NCBI GenBank assembly: GCA_049970495.1
Contig: JBMFMV010000054.1
Location: 1 to 13,586, forward strand
DNA length: 13,586 nucleotides
Direction of reading: 5' to 3'
From: a bacterium
GTDB taxonomy: Bacteria; DUMJ01
Shown here: piece by piece, positions 6,375-13,586 of the stretch
How the letters are laid out: every line of letters begins with the position of its first letter
Position numbering within the stretch: the stretch's first letter is position 1
Notes under the pieces: model-generated
The model's database searches: none
The model's input: the letters and a program-made list of their open reading frames with translations, nothing else
Told to the model about the DNA's origin: nothing
Made by a program: the position numbers and the translations under genes

Positions 6375-9179
6375 ATGAAACAGATAGGTCCTTTAGCACC
6401 AAGTAATTTAAGATGTGAGTACTGTATAAATCCATTAGGGGTTGATAAGAAGAATCCTAGATTATCATGGTTTCTGTCCCATTCTGATCGCGGAGAGAAA
6501 CAATCTGCATATCAAGTAATTGTATCTAGCTCTCTGGAAAAATTAAATGATAACATTGGAGATATCTGGGATAGTGGAAAGGTTTTGTCTAACTCTCAGT
6601 TAATTCTATACGATGGTGCCCCTTTAGAGAGTAAGAAGAGGTATTACTGGAAGGTTAGATGGTGGGATAGTAAAGACCGTGTTAGCCCATTTAGTGAAGT
6701 AGCTATATTTGAAATGGGACTTATAGAAGAGTCTGACTGGAAGGCTAAGTGGATAGGTAGAAAAGAGTATGAGCATCTCTCTATTGAGGCAAAGGACATT
6801 CCGTTTGCTAGGTCGTATACAATACCACATTCTGCTCTATTTAGAAAAGATTTCTTCCTTAAAGGTCAGATAAAAAGAGCTAGGACGTATATATCTGGGC
6901 TAGGTCTGTATGAACTTTATATTAATGGCTGTCGTATTGGGGATAAGGTCTTAGACCCTGGACAGACAGACTATAAGAAAAAGGTATTATACTCTACCTA
7001 TGATGTAACGAGCATCTTGAAAGAGGGGAAGAATGCAATTGGTGTTATTTTGGGGAACGGAAGATACGTTATGGATTATGGATATGATTTCCCTAAGCTG
7101 ATCTTACAACTTGAAGTGGAATATGCAGATGGAAGTAGTGAAATTATAACTAGTGACGAGACATGGAAAACTAGTTATGGACCTATACTTGCCAACGGGA
7201 TATACTATGGTGAAGTATACGATGCTAGAAGAGAAATTTCCGGTTGGAACTTACCAGAATTTGACGACAGTGGCTGGGAACAGGTAAAATTGGTAGAGCC
7301 TCCTGGAGGTAAGTTGGTGTCTGAACTTATGCCCCCAATTAAGGTTATCAAGACCTTGAAGCCCGAAAGAATAATAAATCCAAAGCCAGGGGTGTATGTT
7401 TATGATTTTGGCCAGAATTTTACTGGTTGGGCAAGACTATATGTAAAGGGTCCTGAGGGAATCGAAATAAGACTTCGATTTGCTGAGCTTATAGATGAAA
7501 CGGGTAATATAAATGTATTACCAAATAGAGGAGCCTCTGCGACTGATGTTTATATAACTAAGGGAGAAGGGATAGAGATATATGAACCTAGATTTACTTA
7601 TCATGGATTCCGATATGTCGAAATTACTGGTTTCCCTGGGGTTCCGACTTTAGATAATCTCGAAGGACGGGTAGTGCATTCGTCGGTAGAGCCGGTAGGT
7701 GAGTTTATCTGCTCTAATGAATTGATAAATAAAATTCATAGAAATGTCTTATGGGGACAGCTTAGTAATCTTATGAGTGTTCCTACAGATTGCCCACAGA
7801 GAGACGAGAGAATGGGTTGGACGGGAGATGCTCAGCTTACTGTAGAGGAGGCTATCTATAATTTTGATATGGCAGCATTCTACTTGAAGTACTTAGATGA
7901 TATAAAACTGGCTCAAAAAGAAGATGGAAGTGTTTCTGATGTTGTCCCCCCTTATTGGAGTCTTTATCCGGCAGATCCAGCTTGGGGAACCGCTTATATG
8001 ACAATAGCTTGGTATCTCTTCCAATACTATGGAGATGTAGAAGTCCTAAGAGAGCATTACGAAGGACTAAAGAAATATGTAGAATTTTTATCTAGTTTAG
8101 CTCCGGATAACATACTAAGATTTTCTAAGTATGGCGATTGGTGTCCTCCAGGTTCTATAAGACCTAAAGACTTTTCCGGTGAATTGGTATCTACTTGGTG
8201 TTACTATAATGACACCCTCACTCTAGCTAAAATAGCAAAGGTCTTAGGAAAAGAGGAAGACTATAGTAAGTATTCTAAATTGGCAGAGGATATAAAGAGT
8301 GCCTTTAATAAAAGATATCTAAAGGATAGATTCTATGCTGTATCTATCAGACCTGACATTCCGGAAGAAGTTGCTTCTAAAGTCTTAGAAGCTATACTGT
8401 CCAGTATGCCTCCAGACCAGAGAGAAAGGATGAAGCGATTTATAGAACAGAATCTTTCATTTACGTTTCTTACAAGCCAAACGATAAATACTCTCCCGTT
8501 ATATCTAGATATAGTTCCGGAAGATAAGAAAGAAGTTGTATTAAAGAGTCTTATAGATGATATAGTGAATAGTCATGACTATCATCTAGATACGGGAATA
8601 GTTGGCACTAGATATATATTTGATGTCCTTACCGAAAATGGATATGTTGATATAGCTTATAAGATAGCTACTCAAGAGAGTTATCCTAGTTGGGGATATA
8701 TGATAAAGGAAGGCGCCACTACTGTATGGGAGAGATGGGAGAAATTAACTTCTAGTGGTATGAACTCTCATAATCACATAATGTTTGGTACAGTAGACTC
8801 TTGGTTCTATAAAGCGCTTGGAGGTATAAAATGTGTAGCCCCTGGCTGGGATAAAGTTATCATAGCACCAAGTGTAATAGGAGATTTAAAATATGTGAAG
8901 GCTGGGACTAGAACCCCTAAGGGCTATATAGAAGTAGATTGGGAAAAACTTGAGGATTCAGTGTGTTTCATAATTAGTATACCAACTAATATAGAGGGTG
9001 AGATTAGGATACCTAAGCTTTATAAGGATACGGTAATTGAAGAAGGTAGAAGAAAGCTTTGGTCTGATGGGGCGCTGGTAGAGAAGATTGAAGGGATATA
9101 TACCGCTAGGGAAGAGAAAGACTATATAAGTTTCTCTGTTGGATCAGGTCGATTTGTCTTTAAAGTTAGTTCTAAGTGA
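6375..9179 (+). CDS. Glycoside hydrolase family 78 alpha-L-rhamnosidase (cytoplasmic)
   Basis: 'LRCEYCINPLGVD..NPRLSW' N-terminus, 'GLGLYELYING', 'DFGQNFTGW', 'FTYHGFRYVE', catalytic-acid region 'PTDCPQRDERMGWTGD', catalytic-base region 'GATTVWERW' and 'MNSHNH'. Start placed at ATG 6375 after GAGGAGGT; no signal peptide. Confidence 0.95.
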   Translation: MKQIGPLAPSNLRCEYCINPLGVDKKNPRLSWFLSHSDRGEKQSAYQVIVSSSLEKLNDNIGDIWDSGKVLSNSQLILYDGAPLESKKRYYWKVRWWDSKDRVSPFSEVAIFEMGLIEESDWKAKWIGRKEYEHLSIEAKDIPFARSYTIPHSALFRKDFFLKGQIKRARTYISGLGLYELYINGCRIGDKVLDPGQTDYKKKVLYSTYDVTSILKEGKNAIGVILGNGRYVMDYGYDFPKLILQLEVEYADGSSEIITSDETWKTSYGPILANGIYYGEVYDARREISGWNLPEFDDSGWEQVKLVEPPGGKLVSELMPPIKVIKTLKPERIINPKPGVYVYDFGQNFTGWARLYVKGPEGIEIRLRFAELIDETGNINVLPNRGASATDVYITKGEGIEIYEPRFTYHGFRYVEITGFPGVPTLDNLEGRVVHSSVEPVGEFICSNELINKIHRNVLWGQLSNLMSVPTDCPQRDERMGWTGDAQLTVEEAIYNFDMAAFYLKYLDDIKLAQKEDGSVSDVVPPYWSLYPADPAWGTAYMTIAWYLFQYYGDVEVLREHYEGLKKYVEFLSSLAPDNILRFSKYGDWCPPGSIRPKDFSGELVSTWCYYNDTLTLAKIAKVLGKEEDYSKYSKLAEDIKSAFNKRYLKDRFYAVSIRPDIPEEVASKVLEAILSSMPPDQRERMKRFIEQNLSFTFLTSQTINTLPLYLDIVPEDKKEVVLKSLIDDIVNSHDYHLDTGIVGTRYIFDVLTENGYVDIAYKIATQESYPSWGYMIKEGATTVWERWEKLTSSGMNSHNHIMFGTVDSWFYKALGGIKCVAPGWDKVIIAPSVIGDLKYVKAGTRTPKGYIEVDWEKLEDSVCFIISIPTNIEGEIRIPKLYKDTVIEEGRRKLWSDGALVEKIEGIYTAREEKDYISFSVGSGRFVFKVSSK

Positions 9180-9183
9180 GATT

Positions 9184-9226
9184 TATAAGGGGGTAAGGAA
9201 GAGCCCTTATCCCCTTATATTTTTTT
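9184..9226 (+). terminator. Rho-independent terminator
   Basis: 15-bp stem TATAAGGGGGTAAGG (9184-9198) / CCTTATCCCCTTATA (9205-9219) with one G-U pair and a 6-nt loop, followed by T7 (9220-9226). Begins 5 nt after the GH78 stop. Confidence 0.9.
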
Positions 9227-9260
9227 AGCCATAATCATATAGATTTTTGAGTTACTATAG

Positions 9261-9269
9261 TGGTATTAT
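9261..9269 (+). promoter_or_regulatory. Possible extended -10 promoter (TGgTATTAT) for the site-2 protease gene
   Basis: TGGTATTAT lies between the terminator and the SD-like AAGGAGTTGA (9294-9303). No well-spaced -35. Confidence 0.3.
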
Positions 9270-9314
9270 AGATTTGAGAGACTAAATTTTAGAAAGGAGT
9301 TGATTTTTTCTTTT

Positions 9315-10433
9315 ATGGTGGGGAGTTTAAGGATAGGCAAAATCCTAGGGATTCCTATAGAGATTCACTATACTTGGGTGATAGTCTTTGGGCTTATAAC
9401 TAATACATTAGCTACCAGTTATCTTACCAACTATACCCTATATACCTCTCCTTTTATAAACTGGCTTATTGGCGCTATAGCATCCTTTATCTTTTTTGTT
9501 TGTGTTACCATGCATGAAATTATGCACTCTTATACTGCGATAAAGTTAGGACTAAAAATAAAACGTATTACTCTTTTTATGTTTGGGGGCATAGCAGAGA
9601 TAGAAGGAGAACCTAAATCGGCTAAAGATGAGCTACTCATATCCATTGCTGGTCCTGTTACTAGCGCCCTTTTAGCGTTTATCTTCTTTTTGTTTTCTAA
9701 ACTTCCCTTTAATCCTTCCTCTCCTATAGGAGGAGCAATTGTATATCTTTACCGTGTGAACCTAATTTTAGCTGGATTTAATTTAGTCCCTGCCTTCCCC
9801 CTAGATGGAGGTAGGGTTCTAAGAGCTATACTTTGGATGAGTCTTAAGAATTTTAGAAGAGCTACTAGGATATCTGCAAGTATTGGAATGACATTTGCTA
9901 CAATGATAATGTTCTTAGGTTTCTATATCCTCCTCTTTGGTCAGTTTATAACCGGTCTCTGGTTTATATTTATTGGTTGGTTCTTGAACCAAGGAGCTAT
10001 GTCTGGAGAAAAAGAGGTGGATATAAGAGAGGCTTTCACAGATGCTAAGGTGAAGGACCTTATGAGTAGAGAGATTCAATCTGTCCCTCCTAATATTACT
10101 GTTGAAGAACTTGTTTTAAACTATTTCCTTGTTTATAGATATGTTGCCTTTCCCGTTATGTGGGGAGAGACTATCCTTGGGATAGTCTCTCTTAACGATG
10201 TAAGAAAGATACCTCGAGAAGAGTGGAAGAATCATACTGTAAGGGAGATAATGACTCCGATATCTTCTGATCTTACTATAACTCCCGAAGAATCCGCATT
10301 TGACGCCTTTCTAAAGATAAATAAAGGTTCAGTAGGGAGACTTTTAGTCTTAGATGAAGACAAACTTGTAGGAATTATAAGTAAGACTGACCTTATTAGA
10401 TTTTTGCAGATAAAATCTATAATGTCTAGCTAG
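9315..10433 (+). CDS. Site-2 protease (peptidase M50) with C-terminal CBS domain pair
   Basis: HExxH (HEIMH), 'ISIAGP', 'FNLVPAFPLDGGRVLRA' and TM helices, then two CBS repeats ('VKDLMSRE...FPV...GIVSLNDV', 'VREIMTP...LLVLDEDKLVGIISKTDL'). ATG 9315 preferred because TTG 9300 abuts the SD. Confidence 0.95.
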   Translation: MVGSLRIGKILGIPIEIHYTWVIVFGLITNTLATSYLTNYTLYTSPFINWLIGAIASFIFFVCVTMHEIMHSYTAIKLGLKIKRITLFMFGGIAEIEGEPKSAKDELLISIAGPVTSALLAFIFFLFSKLPFNPSSPIGGAIVYLYRVNLILAGFNLVPAFPLDGGRVLRAILWMSLKNFRRATRISASIGMTFATMIMFLGFYILLFGQFITGLWFIFIGWFLNQGAMSGEKEVDIREAFTDAKVKDLMSREIQSVPPNITVEELVLNYFLVYRYVAFPVMWGETILGIVSLNDVRKIPREEWKNHTVREIMTPISSDLTITPEESAFDAFLKINKGSVGRLLVLDEDKLVGIISKTDLIRFLQIKSIMSS

Positions 10434-10444
10434 TTTATTCTAAA

Positions 10445-10807
10445 CTACCACTTTTTCTGTTTACCTTTCCACTTTTCTTCCAAACTCTTTTTTAGATCTC
10501 CTAGTCTTTCATTACTCTCTTTGAGGAAATGAGATAATTTAAATTCAAATTCCTCTAGAGACTTGAGTCTTTTTACAGAGACTTCTAAATCACCCTTCTT
10601 ATTGTACCCTATTATTACCGCTTTTACCTTATCTCCCTCATGGAGATAATCAGTTACCTCTTTTACATAGGAGGTATCAATTTCTGATATATGTAGAAAT
10701 GCTTCCCTACCATCATTGAGAGTCAAATATGCTCCAAACTTAGTAATCTTCTTAACCTTTCCTTCTACAATTTGTTGATTTTCTACCGATTTTGTGTTGG
10801 AATACAT
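10445..10807 (-). CDS. S1 RNA-binding domain protein (YabR/YugI-like)
   Basis: S1 domain 'VEGKVKKITKFGAYLTL..GREAFLHISEIDTSYVKEVTDYLHEGDKVKAVII...VSVKRL' plus a YabR-type tail 'FEFKLSHFLKESNERLGDLKKSLEEK'. Start at ATG 10807 (GGAG upstream) is tentative; 10831 is the alternative. Confidence 0.88.
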   Translation of the reverse strand: MYSNTKSVENQQIVEGKVKKITKFGAYLTLNDGREAFLHISEIDTSYVKEVTDYLHEGDKVKAVIIGYNKKGDLEVSVKRLKSLEEFEFKLSHFLKESNERLGDLKKSLEEKWKGKQKKW

Positions 10808-11060
10808 AGGATCTCTCCAGGTTTTGTCCATCCTAACTCCTCTCTTATTAGAATTTCTATATATTTATCATCATATTTAAGTCTATATACTTCTTTTTCC
10901 AGGCTTTTATTCTCCTCTCTCAATCTATTCAGTTGTTCTCTAAGCTGTGAAATTTTGATCCTGCTTTCATTTATATGATATAAAACAATTATAGTAGACC
11001 TTGCTAGGACTATAAAATAGACAATTATAAACGCTGAAAGTATAAACTTACATAACTTAT

Positions 11061-11064
<4 letters not shown>
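10783..11064 (-). CDS. ftsB: Septum formation initiator FtsB/DivIC family cell division protein
   Basis: Short N-terminus, one TM helix, heptad coiled coil, then 'DDKYIEILIREELGWTKPGE'. ATGA overlap with the pyk stop. Confidence 0.85.

Positions 11065-13586
<2,522 letters not shown>

Noticed and set aside
3859..6830. Minus-strand ORFs at 3859-4104, 6015-6320 and 6624-6830
   Set aside because: Antisense to phoU, the permease and GH78; no recognisable features.
9180..9300. Riboswitch or sRNA between GH78 and the site-2 protease
   Set aside because: The region is explained by the terminator, a possible promoter and the SD; no further structure seen.
9315..10433. Site-2 protease as part of the ranthipeptide system
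   Set aside because: Separate transcription unit about 5.6 kb away on the other strand, and a widespread M50-CBS type; no evidence of linkage.

Overview
AT-rich bacterial chromosomal window (roughly 35-38% GC by eye), densely coding, with no mobile element, CRISPR array or RNA gene visible. An outer-membrane beta-barrel gene and a GH78 that, from recall, resembles the Dictyoglomus thermophilum enzyme suggest a diderm anaerobe, perhaps Dictyoglomota-like (inference). There are four blocks. (1) A tightly coupled minus-strand run (3723 to beyond the left edge): SCIFF/ranthipeptide precursor, radical SAM/SPASM maturase, YjbH-like beta-barrel, DUF3842, DUF2007, rhomboid protease and an RnfG-like protein. 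(2) A divergent plus-strand run: phoU, TIM-barrel sugar epimerase, orphan FecCD/BtuC permease and GH78 alpha-L-rhamnosidase, ending at a clear intrinsic terminator. (3) A site-2 protease with CBS domains. (4) A convergent minus-strand housekeeping run: eno, pyk, ftsB/divIC and a YabR-like S1 protein. Block 1 is the best candidate for an undescribed system. Its precursor has five Cys instead of six (fifth Cys replaced by Met), lacks the Gly-Gly before the core and has a basic/Trp tail. It sits in an envelope/protease/redox operon rather than the usual clostridial context.
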